Positions 14,002 through 26,886 are shown, numbered from the stretch's first letter. The stretch: DNA of 64,000 nucleotides from Octopus sinensis (GCF_006345805.1 NC_042998.1:44454001-44518000), one strand, 5' to 3'. The notes: generated from the letters alone by a model not told the origin. Numbers and translations: made by a program.

Positions 14002-14163
14002 AAGTGAGTAGTGCATGTCATCAAATTGACGCTGGAGTACAAATATACGAAACCAAATATACCTATCATTACTACCTGTCCAATACGAGTACACCAGGCA
14101 TAACCATCACAACCATATGTGCATGACATGCTAACCGCATATTAAAGTAGTGCATCAGGACAT
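14002..14163 (-). mobile_element. Internally deleted copy of the ~550-bp (AAT)n-associated element
   Basis: Retains both the 5' end (tgtcctgatgcactact) and the 3' end of the element at 14890-15437. Confidence 0.7.
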
Positions 14164-14175
14164 TTATTCTTCTTC

Positions 14176-14209
<34 letters not shown>

Positions 14210-14262
14210 ACTTATTATTATTATTATTATTATTACTACTAATACTATTATTATTATTATTA

Positions 14263-14299
<37 letters not shown>

Positions 14300-14306
14300 T
14301 ACTACT

Positions 14307-14350
<44 letters not shown>

Positions 14351-14364
14351 TATTATTATTATTA

Positions 14365-14867
14365 TTTTTATCACGTGTTTCAACTGCACTACCGAGTGCA
14401 ACTTTGAGTAACTTGGATATGTGCTATGGTTTGTTGTGGTGTTCATATTTTTACCGTATTGAGAAGTGTTTTATGTAGGATGTGTACGGTACCTAGTAGT
14501 GCTATTTGCTTTATATGTTATATGTACTTGTTAGTCCTGGTGTTTTTGCTTTGTATTTGTTCGAATATTTTTTATCATACCTAGTATACCCACTATGACA
14601 GGAATTGTTTCTGTTTTTAGACTCCCCGTTCGAGTTACCTATATTTCCAGGTCTTTGTATTTTGAAAGTTTCTCCGTTTCTTTGTGAGAAACATTGTCAT
14701 ATGTTGGCATTGATACATCGATTAGAAAGCATTTTGATCTCTGACAATTATATTCGGCCTATTGGCCTTAATTTTTCTATCTATGTGTTTTGGCATATCC
14801 CATAGTATGGTTGCTTTCTCATTTGTTGTGACCTTTTCTGGGGCGTATCCCTACCAACTTTTTTCTT
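14365..14867 (-). mobile_element. 3' end of R4/Dong-type LINE with RLE domain
   Basis: KATILWDM...IKANRPNIIVRD..CFLIDVSMP...KETEKLSKYKDLEI...TIPVIVGILG...QIALLGTVHIL; (AAT)n tail; same subfamily as 23041-23272. Confidence 0.85.
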
Positions 14868-14889
14868 TATTATTATTATTATTATTATT

Positions 14890-15437
14890 GAGTGAGAGAG
14901 CAGTGCATGCCATCAAAGTGACACTGGGGTAAAATATACGAAGCCTAGTATACCCATCATGACTACCCGTCTGATAAGGATACACTAGGCACATGCATCA
15001 CAACCATATGTGCAGGACATGGTGATCCATATCAAGATAAACAGCACATGACCTTGCAGGTGGGGCCCAGTTAGAATTTTCTTCTGGTCGAGTAACCCAT
15101 CCCGCTCAAAAGGTCTCTGAATAAGGGTTGTTTAAGGATGTTGAACGAAACACCCATGTTTCCAAAGGTGAACTATTCAAACCCCAAAATAATTCCTCTC
15201 AACACATGGCTATGATGCTCCTCCACTACTTCTACTTGTGATGCACATATCGTCAGCCACCAAGGGACATGCTCAACTGGTTAAGGTCAAACAACTGACA
15301 AGCAAATCTATGGTATTGAGCAGAATATTTGCTGTAGCCCATCTTTTATACCAAGACAAAACAATGTACATGATAACACTTCCAATCAGTTAAGATCAGA
15401 AGCCACGAGAGCCACTGTCTAGTACTGCATCAAGGCA
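14890..15437 (-). mobile_element. ~550-bp non-autonomous element inserted in (AAT)n, full length
   Basis: Clearly homologous to 27262-27782; flanked on both sides by (ATT)n; no ORF and no tRNA head seen. Confidence 0.85.
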
Positions 15438-15532
<95 letters not shown>

Positions 15533-15551
15533 CATTATTATTATTACTATT

Positions 15552-15765
15552 AAGGCGGTGAACCGTCGAAATCTTTAGTACCAAACAAAATGCTTAGGGA
15601 CATTTCATTAGTCTTTATTTTCTGGATTCAAGTTCCTCCCTTGGTCCTCTTTACCTTTCTTCCCTTCGGGGCTGGTAAAGAACTAGTCGAGTACTTTCAT
15701 CGATATATTCGACTATGCACCTCCCTGAAATTTCAAGCCTTGTGCCTGTAGCAGAAGGGATTATT
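15552..15765 (+). mobile_element. SINE family 3 (aaggcggcgagctggcagaa-type), diverged
   Basis: Similar to copies at 50011-50305 and 60690-61325 (ending ...aatttcaagccttgtgcc). Confidence 0.7.
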
Positions 15766-16559
15766 CTTAGAATTATTATCATTACTGGTCTTCTGACTAA
15801 ATTTGAAATTATTATTAATTTATTGCTAGTTTCTATTATCTTTATGTCCTATCGCATTTTCCATCAATTCATCCACGTTAAGCCTTGTTTATCAATCTTT
15901 CTGTCTTTCTCTCCGTTACTCTCTTTAAGCATCTATCTCTAAGTCACTTTGGCTCTTTATTGCCTTTTATTTGCTTGTGTAGATATCTTCCCCTATGCTT
16001 ACCAGCTTTCGATTCCCCACTCAACATCTCTGATTCACCCCTCTTTTTTTATCTCTCGCTTTCTCTGCCTCCATATCTATATCTCGTTATCTATCTTCCT
16101 TTTTATCATACTTTCTACATATAACCATATCTTCACAACTCCCTCCTCTCTTCTAGGAATATCCTCAACAAGCACTATCTATGTTGTTGGGTAGTAACGC
16201 CCTTCACTTAAACCGAACATCGATTTTCTTGTGAGACAGAGTATGAGCTTATTCTGAGTATTAGATAACTCAAGCACATTTATCACCGAGAGATTAACTG
16301 TGGACAGGAATAGTTTGAATGTGTTGGTTTATCTGTACGTATATATGAACGTGAGAGTGTTTGTAGGCATTTGTCTTGATGTACGTCTATGTGTCTGTCA
16401 GCGTGTATAAATATATTGATATTCGTGTTATCTGCGTACCGCATATCTAAAATCAAAACATTTATGTAAATATATGTATCCATTATGAGTATAAATCTGA
16501 GTGGAAATGTATGTATGCATTTATATGTGTATATAAATAATTGATCGTGTATGTGCGTG

Positions 16560-16880
16560 TGTACGTGTGTGTGTGTACGTAGAATATATATATATATATA
16601 TATTTACATACATATATATATTATATATATATATTACATATATATATATATATATATATAATACATACATATATAATATATATATATATACATATATATG
16701 TATATATATATGGATATATATATATATATATATACATACATACATACATATATATATACATACATATATGTATACATACATATATATATACATACATATA
16801 TACATACATATATATATGCATATATACATACATATATATATATACATATATATATATATTATATATATATATATACATAC

Positions 16881-16917
<37 letters not shown>

Positions 16918-17002
16918 TATATACATACATACATACATATATATATACATACATATATGTTACATACATATATATATACATACATATATACATACATATA
17001 TA

Positions 17003-17038
<36 letters not shown>

Positions 17039-17298
17039 TATATACATATATATATATACATATATATATACATACATACACATATATATATATACATACA
17101 TATAATATATATATACATACGTATATATATACATACATATATATATACATACATACACACATATATATATATAAATACATATATATACATGTATATATAT
17201 ACATAAACATATATATATATATATATATAAATACATATATATATGTATATATATATATACATACATATATATATATACATACATATATACATAATATA

Positions 17299-17366
<68 letters not shown>

Positions 17367-17456
17367 TACATACATACATACCATACACATATCTATTTAT
17401 ATGTATGTATGTGTGTATGCTAGTTTCTGTATATGAATATGTCTGAATATTAATAA

Positions 17457-17493
<37 letters not shown>

Positions 17494-17500
17494 TTTTGTA
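16560..17500. repeat. Long degenerate (AT)n/(ATAC)n tract
   Basis: Directly visible. Confidence 0.95.
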
Positions 17501-18320
17501 TCCATATGAAATGTTTTATCAATAATATGACATTTTTATTGAAATAATATCTGTGTTTGTGTGTACGTTGTATGGAATTGTATTATTTCATCTTCGATTC
17601 TTTTTCCCAAAATGATAGTCAAACTGACTGCATGAGTGTAGCAACGAAAGTTTAAATTTACCAACTAATAAAACCTTTGAACGACAGACCAAATAAGAAA
17701 ATAAACAGAACGACAGAACTAGTGTATGGTTGGTTATGCGGACTGTGAAGCCGACAGAATATATAGGATAACGACATGAGTAAATCAACAAGTTGACTAT
17801 GAATACATCGAGACTCTAGCGGCAGCCGAATCCGAACAGTAATGATACTCTTTCTTTAGTTGTTTATAAAGTCTCTCTACATATATGTAAAGTATTCACT
17901 GACACACAGACACACAGATACACAGGCGCTCACAAAACTAAGACAAACAGACAAACACTCAGTGATATACTACACAGAGGCACACACGCAAAACATACGG
18001 TCACACACATATATCTGTGGTGTGTGTATGTATTTGTCGACTGTATGTCTGACTCTGTGTAATCGTGGTTGAGCATATGTGCGTGAGTTTGTGGATTGGT
18101 TTACTTAAATATGTTTGCGCAGAGTTTGACAAGTTATAAGTTTACTCTTCAATAACTATCGTAGAAACCTGCAAGATACCACATATAATGCTTTGAGTTC
18201 TAATACTGAAAATGCATTATATAGATGCGTTTGAGAAAGAGTATAGTTTATGGTTTAAATGGTACTCCCACTACAATCATCTTATTAACCGCTGATATTT
18301 GGTAGTGGGGGAGAGTTCAA

Positions 18321-18558
18321 AGCTCTTTGCAAAACCCTTTTTAGAATTTAAACTGTATCTGATACGTTTCTGCAGGCCTCCGCCACCTTTTTTCGCTTGC
18401 GGTACAGTTTTATTCTTTTCAAAATTCGGCGGCACACCTGAATTAAAAATATAATTAAAAGTATATGGTAAAAAATTATATTCAGATTATACTGCGGCAC
18501 ACCTAGCATCGTCTTGCAGCATACCAATGTACCACGGCATAGCGGTTGCGGAGCACTG
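18321..18558. mobile_element. Decayed hAT-type MITE
   Basis: Right end ggttgcggagcactg resembles CAGTG..CAACC-type hAT TIRs; left end poor. Confidence 0.4.
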
Positions 18559-18716
18559 TGTTAGTGGGTAAATTGTTCTGCAATGTGATTGTTTCTATAT
18601 CAGCCTTCTTTTAATTGAGTGTTTATGCTTCATATATCAATACGTGTTGCGTTCAAAACTGCCATTAATTTAGAAATCGACTCCAAATTTCAGAACTCAT
18701 TGCTGTAGTATTTCCT

Positions 18717-20712
18717 ATGATTGATTGATTGATTGATTCTAGTTTCAGCTCACGAGCTGCGGCCATGCTGGGGCACCGCCATTTGGTGTTGCTACATGGT
18801 TTTACTTCACGAATGCTTTTTAGCAACTGCCATTTGGTGCATGAGAGAGTTGGGTGCAGCTGCCCTCATCTGTACCTCCTGCCGTGAAGTTGGTTCATCT
18901 GGGATACCTGACAAGAAGAGATCCAGTTTCATTTTAAAGACATCTGCATCCACCCCATGCAGGTCTCTTAGATTCTTCGGGAGGATATTGAAGAGCTGTG
19001 GGCCTCGGAGGACCAGGCTATTACAGTATCTTGTCCTACATCTTGATGGCAAATTTGGAGTCCTAGGCACCACGCAGTGGCGCTCAGTTCTGGCATTTGT
19101 GTAACTCTCGATGCCAAAGTTTGGGACAAGTCCTTCCAGGATCTTCCAGATGTATATTATGGCATATCTTTCTCGCCTACGCTCCAAGGAATAGAGTTTC
19201 AATCTCTTGAGTCTTTCCCAGTAGCTTATATTCTGCACAGAGGCTATCTTCTTCGTGTAGCTACGTTGGGTCGCCTCAAGTTCTGTGATCAACTTGACAC
19301 TGGATGGTGACCACAGCTGAGAGCAATAGTCAAAGTGGCTTAGGACAAGTGTCCTCCAGAGGACCATCATGGTTTCTTGTTCTCTTGTTCTAAAGGTTCT
19401 GAGAATCCATCCGGCCAGTCGTCTACATTTCATTGCCAATTTAGCAACATGTACACGAAAGGTTGCGTCATCACTCATGTAAATACCCAGGTCACGCACT
19501 GATTGTTCCTCTGGAATTGCAATTCCTCCGGGTCCAGTGTATTCATTGGGTATTGCATTTAGTTTTGCATGCTGATAGTATAAAGCTTGAAACTTTTCAG
19601 CATTGAACTGCATGCTATTCTTTTCAGCCCACTTGTATATTTTGTCCAGCTCACATTGCAGGCGTTTAGTGTCCTCAGGGTTCTGTATTGCCTGTGAAAC
19701 TTTTGTATCATCTGCATAACTTGTGATCGTGGCTCTCTGCGTGGCTGAGGGCATGTCTGAGAGGGCCATTATGAACAGTAGTGGTCCCAAAACAGTGCCC
19801 TGCGGAACACCGCTCACTATTTGCGTGTTAATGGAAGTGGCCCCATTGGCTACTACCACCTGACTTCTATCTTTCAGAAAGTCATGAAGCCATTCTCCCA
19901 GTTTTCCAACTATGCTAAGATCACGCAGTTTGTGACATATCATTCCATGATCGACTTTATGAAAGGCCTTTGCAAAGTCGAGATATATCACTTCCACATT
20001 TGAGTGGTTGAGCAGTGGTTTCAGCACCCAGTCATAGTGTTGTAGGAGCTGAGTTAAGCAGCTTCTTCCTGGTCGGAAACCATGTTGGGTGTCAGGCAGC
20101 AAGTCATTTTCTTCAAGGAAGGTGATCAGTCTCCTTCTGACTATTCGTTCCATGACCTTGCTGATGTGTGAGGTCAGAGAGATAGGTCTGTAGTTCTTGG
20201 CCTCCGCTCTGCTACCTCCTTTATGAATAGGTCATATTTTACCTTCCTTCAGTTTTCTTGGAAGTTTGCCAGCTGCAAGGAAGCTCTGAAAGAGGAACTG
20301 CAGTGGTCTTGCTAGGACTTTCTTACGTACTTTTAGGAGGATTGCCGGGAAGCCATCGGGGCCAGTAGCTCAGTCTGTTTGCATTTCATCTGTAGCCTTT
20401 ATTACATCGTCTTCCTTTATATCGATGTAATCTATCGTCGCTGCTTCTGATTTTATATCTGCAGTGGTAAAGAAGTCAGTTGGATTGGTGATTTGGAAAT
20501 GCCCAAGAGGTGGAGTGAAAACACTCTTGAATTGCTCATTCAGTATTTCACTTACCCTCATTGGTTTTCCTGTGAGTGTGCCATCCTTTTCAAGGAGTGG
20601 CCCTATCCTACAGTGCACCGTAGCTGTTTCTTTGGCATACCTGTAGAAAGCTCTGGGGTTAGATTTTATGTTGTCTATAGCCCAGGCTTCTTTGTCTGCT
20701 CTTTCCTTTTCA
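18717..20712 (-). mobile_element. 5'-truncated CR1-group LINE (~2.0 kb) with (ATCA)n tail
   Basis: RT ORF plus upstream frame NIKSNPRAFY...GPDGFP...NYRPISLTS with two in-frame TGA stops; short 3' UTR and tandem tail. Confidence 0.93.
18807..20153 (-). CDS. Reverse transcriptase and C-terminal region of CR1-group LINE ORF2 (448-aa open segment of a truncated copy)
   Basis: QHGFRPGRSC, YLDFAKAF, GVPQGTVLGPLLF, YADDTK, SYWERLKRLKLYSLERRR. Confidence 0.92.
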   Translation of the reverse strand: MERIVRRRLITFLEENDLLPDTQHGFRPGRSCLTQLLQHYDWVLKPLLNHSNVEVIYLDFAKAFHKVDHGMICHKLRDLSIVGKLGEWLHDFLKDRSQVVVANGATSINTQIVSGVPQGTVLGPLLFIMALSDMPSATQRATITSYADDTKVSQAIQNPEDTKRLQCELDKIYKWAEKNSMQFNAEKFQALYYQHAKLNAIPNEYTGPGGIAIPEEQSVRDLGIYMSDDATFRVHVAKLAMKCRRLAGWILRTFRTREQETMMVLWRTLVLSHFDYCSQLWSPSSVKLITELEATQRSYTKKIASVQNISYWERLKRLKLYSLERRRERYAIIYIWKILEGLVPNFGIESYTNARTERHCVVPRTPNLPSRCRTRYCNSLVLRGPQLFNILPKNLRDLHGVDADVFKMKLDLFLSGIPDEPTSRQEVQMRAAAPNSLMHQMAVAKKHS

Positions 20713-20725
20713 TATGAATATTATA

Positions 20726-20985
20726 TAAAAAAATTAATGAGCCCTTTTTAAAGCCTAGCCAGGCTCACGGGCCCGGTGTCCCGGTTTCTATGGCATATAT
20801 GTTCCCCAGCTGGACGGGACGCCAGTCCATCGCAGCGTTACTCATTTTGCCATCTGAGTGAACTGGAGCAACGTGAAATGAAGTGTTTTGCTCATGAACA
20901 CAACACGTCGCCCAGTCCAGGAATCGAAACCACAATCTTACGATCATGATGCTGACACCCTAACCATTAAGCCACGCGCCTCCAC
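20726..20985 (-). mobile_element. tRNA-headed SINE family 2 with V-domain-like block; 13-bp TSD
   Basis: Head ggaggcgcgtggcttaatggttagg...ttcgattcc; block ctgcgatggactggcgtcccgtccag; TSD tatgaatattata at 20713-20725 and 20986-20998. Confidence 0.9.
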
Positions 20986-23040
20986 TATGAATATTATACC
21001 TCTATTTATAATAAGTTCCCGTCCTTTGATATTTGTACGGTATAAGTATATTGCATTCTTTTTGGCAGATCTCTAAGTTTAGCATCAAATAAATGATGAG
21101 TTACGAGCAGTGACAAACATGATGAGAATGAGCCCTTTTCGAAAATTTAACTTGACACCCTTCTGTCTTCCTTTATTTTCCCTTCTTTCTGAACATTATA
21201 GTCTGAGCCTAAAAGAATACAATATTACTCGCGATTTTTCCCATGTTTTATGCATGCAGACACGAACGCCCATTCTCTCCTGTCCGCTACTACCTTCAGA
21301 CAGCCAGACAAGGTACTACCACACAATCGTACACGACTCCTTGGAACATTATAACGACCGCTCATCGTGGTACAGCAAAGACCTAACTATAGATTTGTTT
21401 CCACATCACACATCTACCACCCAGGTCCCGTGAGTGGCTTTGCTACCACATGTTTGAGAGTATGAGTCTTAATTCTAACAATGCAACCTTCTTGTTTCAC
21501 GTTGAAGAAATCCTTCATCGACATTTTTACTGAGAGCACGTTGGTTGCAGTAATTTTTGAAACCCCTATTCTATTCTACCTATTAGTTTTATTCCCTGCC
21601 ATTCCTATACTTATGCTTTTGACAATATAATAATGGCTCTTTTCAGAGATTCGCATGCTAATTGAAGCCAGATGCATACGTCAACTCCCACTTAACAAAT
21701 TTGCTAATACAATCGCTGTAGGTCTTTATCACTGGAGACGACGCGTTTAACTGCACTTAACTGCTCCCTTATCGATGCTCTTTACTAAGGATGACCGAGC
21801 AAACTTCATCTTGTAATCTATGTTACTGATGAGTCGAAATTTTAGAAATCATATGTTATTCTTATCCGTTGACTTAACATATATTCTGTTTAGATACGAT
21901 TCACATGACTCGGTGTCGAAATTCAAAGAAACCAAAGTATTGATTCTTTTCTGCTAAGCAATTAGAATTTCTGGAGCACGTCTAAGAGTTTTTACATAGA
22001 TAATTTCCCAATGGTTCCTCTTACGTTTACCCAGCTTGTAACTAAGATACCATGCCGGTCACTGATGAACACTAATAAACAAGACCTTCCCCTTCAGCAC
22101 ACGTGAAGAAGTTTGGACGCCTTGTTTTAATCCAAGAAAAAATAGTTACTAACCTGAAGCCACTCCCAGGTCCAACAACGAACCATCCTTTTGCAGGAAG
22201 ATCATACGTCTCTTGAGATTCTAAAACGATAAGCCCATTCTGCTTGATTCGACTTGTCTAGCAAATGCTTTCGTCGGGCAGGTCTTAAGAAGATTCTCAA
22301 GTCGCTACTAGTGACAGATAATATTCTTACATTTCAGGTTAGTTTTCAAAAAGTTTTGAAACTGTGAAGGCATTCATTTTCTATTGTCTACACGCATTAT
22401 TATTTTCAGTTTTGCTGAAATATTCATAGAAAGCGGAAGTTTACATCTTGCTATTATCTCCCCTTACTTAAGTTCTAAATTGTCTATTCGATTTGCAAGT
22501 ATGATTTGTTTTGTTGTCGTCTCCTTCATTCTAGCTCCAAAGATATGTTATTGATCTGAATAAATTGTTCGACAACACGGAAACTCTACGTCTTGGAACA
22601 TTAAGTATTCAATTTTAGATCATCTATACAGAGGAAGTAGTCGTAAAACCTACTCCTTTTTAATCCAAATTGTTTGGTTTATATTAACCATCTCTGGCAG
22701 CAATCACAGGATAAAATGACGGCCAAATGAAGTCACCTTTGAATTTTCCTAAGTTCAAATTCAATCGAGGTTAACTTTGATATTCATTCATTTGGTCTAG
22801 ATAAAATTAGAACTAGCTGAGTATTAGGGGCCGGTGAAATTACTAGCCACTTTGTCAAATTTTCGACCATTATTATTATTATCAATGACAATGATGATAT
22901 AAATAAAAATATTTCTACTAAAAGCAAATTGCCTTCAATAATAATAATAATAATAATGATGATAATGAAAATAATAATAATAATAATAATAATAACAACA
23001 ACAACAACAACAACAACAACAATAATAATAATTATAATAC

Positions 23041-23272
23041 GGCGCATTAGGTATCATAAAAAATATTCAGACAAATACGTAACAAAAACACCACGACCAA
23101 CAAATATATATAACATACAGAAAATAGCTCTACTAGGCACTGCACACGTCCTACGTAAAACAATTTAAATACAGCAACCATAAGAGCATCACAGCAAACC
23201 ACAGTGTATACCCAAGGCACACAGAGCTGTCCTCGGTAGTGCAGTGAAAGCACGTTAAAAAAAAGACTACTG
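23041..23272 (+). mobile_element. 3' end of R4/Dong-type LINE
   Basis: GALGIIKK/YSDKYVTKTP...IQKIALLGTAHVLRKTI*; inserted in (AAT)n with an AAT tail. Confidence 0.85.
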
Positions 23273-23285
23273 AATAATAATAATC

Positions 23286-23585
23286 TGCGCAAAAATGCGG
23301 TTCGAACATAAACCCGAAGACATCATCGAAAATAATAATGCAAAGATCTTATGGGATTTTATTGATTCATTGCGACTATGATATAGAGAATAGGAAACGA
23401 GACATAGTGTTAATTGAGAAAAAAAGCAAACGATGCTGGATCATTGATATAGCATGCCCAGCTGACAAGAAGGTATGCCATAAGGAAGAAAGAAAACTCG
23501 ATAGATATGACAGGTTAGCTTGGGAGGTTAAGCAGTTGCGGTCGATGAAAAAAGTGGTAGTAATAACAACAATGGTGACATAACA
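23286..23585 (+). mobile_element. RLE endonuclease domain fragment of R4/Dong-type LINE
   Basis: FEHKPEDIIENNNAKILWDF/...RKRDIVLIEK...WIIDIACPAD...KEERKLDRYDRLAWEVKQL, a PD-(D/E)xK RLE motif. Confidence 0.88.
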
Positions 23586-26045
23586 GATGGGAAAAGACAA
23601 TCTACGACAGAGTAAAGGTAAGGCTACAGGAAAATGGTAGCAGCATTATTTGCAACCTTAAAAAGGTTGATCGGTGGAAATTGAACCGAGAAACGAAAAT
23701 ATGAATGACATTTTGAAATTCATCAGAACAAAATCATCACAGAAATAAATAATTTGATCAAGGCAGCAAGTTTTGTTGTAGTAGAAAATGTAGGTGTTGC
23801 TGTCAAGAAAAGGAAATATAGTGGGAGTGACAAAAGAAAAGATCTATGGTAGTAAAGAAGAATACAAGCGGGGTTAGACATGCTCTCAAAGGACATTTCT
23901 GTCTTACACCGAAAAGAGGAGCTTAAAAGCGAACAAAAATACAGAACACTGAACAGGAGATATGGTATTGAAAGAAAGGGCCTGAAAGTGGTACTGGAAG
24001 AAATGAAACAGCGCCTCGTTTCAAAGAAACCAAAGATAGTAAGATACGACAAAAGAATGAAGGGATACAAGCAGAATAGGTTCTTGGGAGTAAATCAGAA
24101 GAGATTCTACAAAGAAATAAATGGAGAGTGTACAGATGAAAAGTTGATACCAGATAACATTGAAAGTCAAAGGTTTTGGAGTGACACTTGGAGCAAAGAC
24201 AAGGAGCACAAGAAGGATGCTGAATGGTTGCAAAAACTGAAACAAACAGTAGTCTGTCCAAAACTGGCAGAACTAGTCATTTCAGTTAAGGAAGTGACGG
24301 AAATCAACAAGGAAATGGGCAACTGATGGAGTTCAAGGCTCCTGGATCAAAAGGTTTTGTGAATGTCATGCACAAATAGCCGCACATTTCAGTACCTTGT
24401 TAAATGCTGACCAAGTAACACCAGAGTGGCTGATAATGGGTAGGAATCGAAAAGGGCAATTCGGTAGACAATTACAGGCCGACATCCTGCTTGCCACTTA
24501 TGTGGAAATTATTGCCTGGAATAGTCGCAGGGTCAATGTATGTACATCTTAAAAGAAATGGAGTCCTGTCACATGAACAGAAGGGATGCAAGCGTAAGTT
24601 CAGAGGTGCCAAGGATCAACTCCTGGCAGACAAATCTGTACTTAGAGACTGCAAGAGGAGGAAAGCTATCTTAGGCATGTCATGGATCGATTATCGTAAG
24701 GCATATGATACGAACTCAGATTCTTGGATTATGGAGTGTATGAACCTATTTGGTATTGCATCGAATGTTGCGCGATTGCTTGGGAAAAGAATGGCGAAGT
24801 GGAGGACGGAAATGAGAGCATATGGAATAGGTTTTGGGACAATAGAAATCAGGTGAGGCATTTTCCAAGGAGACTGCCTGTCCCCACTGATCTTTGTACT
24901 GTGCATGATACCACTAACACAGATTCTGAGGAAAGTAAAATCTGGGTATGTATTAAAGTTCCGCCAGCAAAAAGTCAACCACTTGTTATTCATGGATGAC
25001 CTCAAACTTTATAGTAAAGATGAATCCAAAATCAGTTCCCTTGTTGATATGGTGTATACTTTCCTTGCTGACATCAGAATGGAGTTCGGACTGAAAAAGT
25101 GTGGTGTTTTAGTCTTGAAAACATGGAAAATCAAATGTATAGACGGGCTAGCGATACTGTCGGGGGATGTTATGAAGCAGATAGAAGAGACGGGCTATAA
25201 AAAATATAGGATATTGGAAATGGAGAAATTGAAGGAGAAAGAAATGACGGAAAAAATTAAGGAGCGTACTTGCGCAGCCTGGGACTGATCCTTAAGTCGA
25301 AATTAAACGAACGGAATAAGATTGAAGCTATCAACACCTGGGCGGTTTCACTTCTTAGATTTCAAGCAGGGATAATCGCATGGACAGTAGACGAACTAAA
25401 CAGCTTAGACAGAAAGAGAAGGAAGTTGCTGACTATATATGGAATACTCCACCTAAAACGTGACACGGACAGACTGTATGTACCAAGAAAAAGAGTGGGG
25501 AGAGGACACATTGGATGCAAACGCAGCAATAGAGTAAAAGAAAACAACATAGCATGGTATGTAAAAATGTCACAGAACCGCTATTATTGGAAATAAGAAG
25601 GTCAGGCTTGTGTAGGATGAAAGATTGCAAAGATAAAACACTGTACAAGCACTTGAGAATGAATGAAACTGAAAATAGGTGGATAAAGAAAAGAATGCAC
25701 GGGCAATTTCATAGGGATGTTGAAGATAATACAGACAGAGAAAAAAGATAACTATGGATGACTAAAATTGATTTACAACTGGAAACGGTGCTACCCAAGC
25801 ATTAAGAACCAATTACATCAAATACAGAATGGACAGCAAAATCAGACTGTATGTACCAAGAAAAAGAGGGAGAAGAGGACTCATTGGATGCGAACACAGC
25901 ATTAGAGCAAACGAAAACAACATAGTATGGTATATAAAAATGCCACAGAACCACTATTATTGGAAGTAAGAAGGTTACGCTTGTGTAGGATGCAAGGTTG
26001 CAAAGATAAAACACTGTACAAACACTTGAGAATGAATGAAACTGG
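23586..26045 (+). mobile_element. R4/Dong-type LINE body with frameshifted RT; 3' end missing; terminal ~200-bp duplication
   Basis: [29 protein letters not shown]-like region, HLLFMDDLKLY, AINTWAV, RLYVPRKR; 25845-26045 repeats 25470-25672. Confidence 0.92.
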
Positions 26046-26056
26046 TATGAGATATT

Positions 26057-26187
26057 CATGTCGCACACATTTGGTTGTGATGCATTGCCTGGTATAACCT
26101 TATCAGACGGGTACTCAGGATGAGTACACTAGCTTTCGTATATTTTACTCCTGTGTCACTTTGATGGCATGTACTTCTCTCTCTTTC
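26057..26187 (+). mobile_element. 3' part of the ~550-bp (AAT)n-associated element
   Basis: Matches 27655-27782; followed by (AAC/AAT)n. Confidence 0.75.
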
Positions 26188-26489
26188 AATAACAACAACA
26201 ACAACAATAATAATAATAATGATAGTAAAAATTTTATAATAATAATTTATGTGCTACAATAATAACAGTAATAACAAGAGCACTCAGAAAGTGCAAACCT
26301 CCGCCAAGGCAGCACCAACGTGGTGGTGGTGGGGTAACATTGTTTTGTTGCATTATTGAAGATAAGCGAGCTCTCACTTTTCTCCGACCATCATGTCTGT
26401 ACACAGGGTTAGCGTTCTAACTGCACATAACCTTGGGTCGATCTGGATATAAGTTCACTTGCTTTACGATCACAGGTCACTGGATTTAG

Positions 26490-26830
26490 ATGCATTGGCG
26501 ATACAGAAGATCAGAAATTTGCTCTGATGTGATATATGTCTGTGTAGTATTTGAATGTAATATAATATATCTTGATTCCAACGACAGTAATACGCAATAT
26601 CTCTTAAATATAGAAGCAGATATGATGCAATATGCCGGACACCAGACGATTTACAATCCTAGGAGAGGTCATAGGAGGCTATTGATTATCGAGAAGCAGT
26701 TTAAAAAGAATGTTATTAATGTTCAGCATTATGTTTCGAACTCACTCGAGAAGACCTGCTGCGTGCCCTTGTTGATTTTGATCGCACAAAAGAAACAATA
26801 CTTTTGGCGTATGTATTCAAAGCATGAATG
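26490..26830 (+). mobile_element. Very decayed RLE-LINE post-RT fragment
   Basis: IYNPRRGHRRLLIIEKQFKKNVINVQHYV resembles RLY..R..GGRGL..IE. Confidence 0.4.
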
Positions 26831-26886
26831 ATAGAGGAAAATAACAACCACATCAATGATAATAACAATAATAATAATAGTACTTA

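Noticed and set aside
15360-15437. Possible HDV-like ribozyme at the 5' end of the ~550-bp element
   Set aside because: A P4-like hairpin and GG are present, but I could not build P1, P3 or J4/2.
8749-17505. Long YI/CV/LS-repeat ORFs up to 289 aa (and similar ones throughout)
   Set aside because: Translations of (AT)n, (GT)n and (CT)n microsatellites.
21820-21862. CTGATGAG...TAGAAATCATATGT, resembling the 47-kb ribozyme
   Set aside because: No workable helix II or helix I.
21930-22300. Possible LINE endonuclease remnant (IVLESQET)
   Set aside because: One weak motif among many stops.
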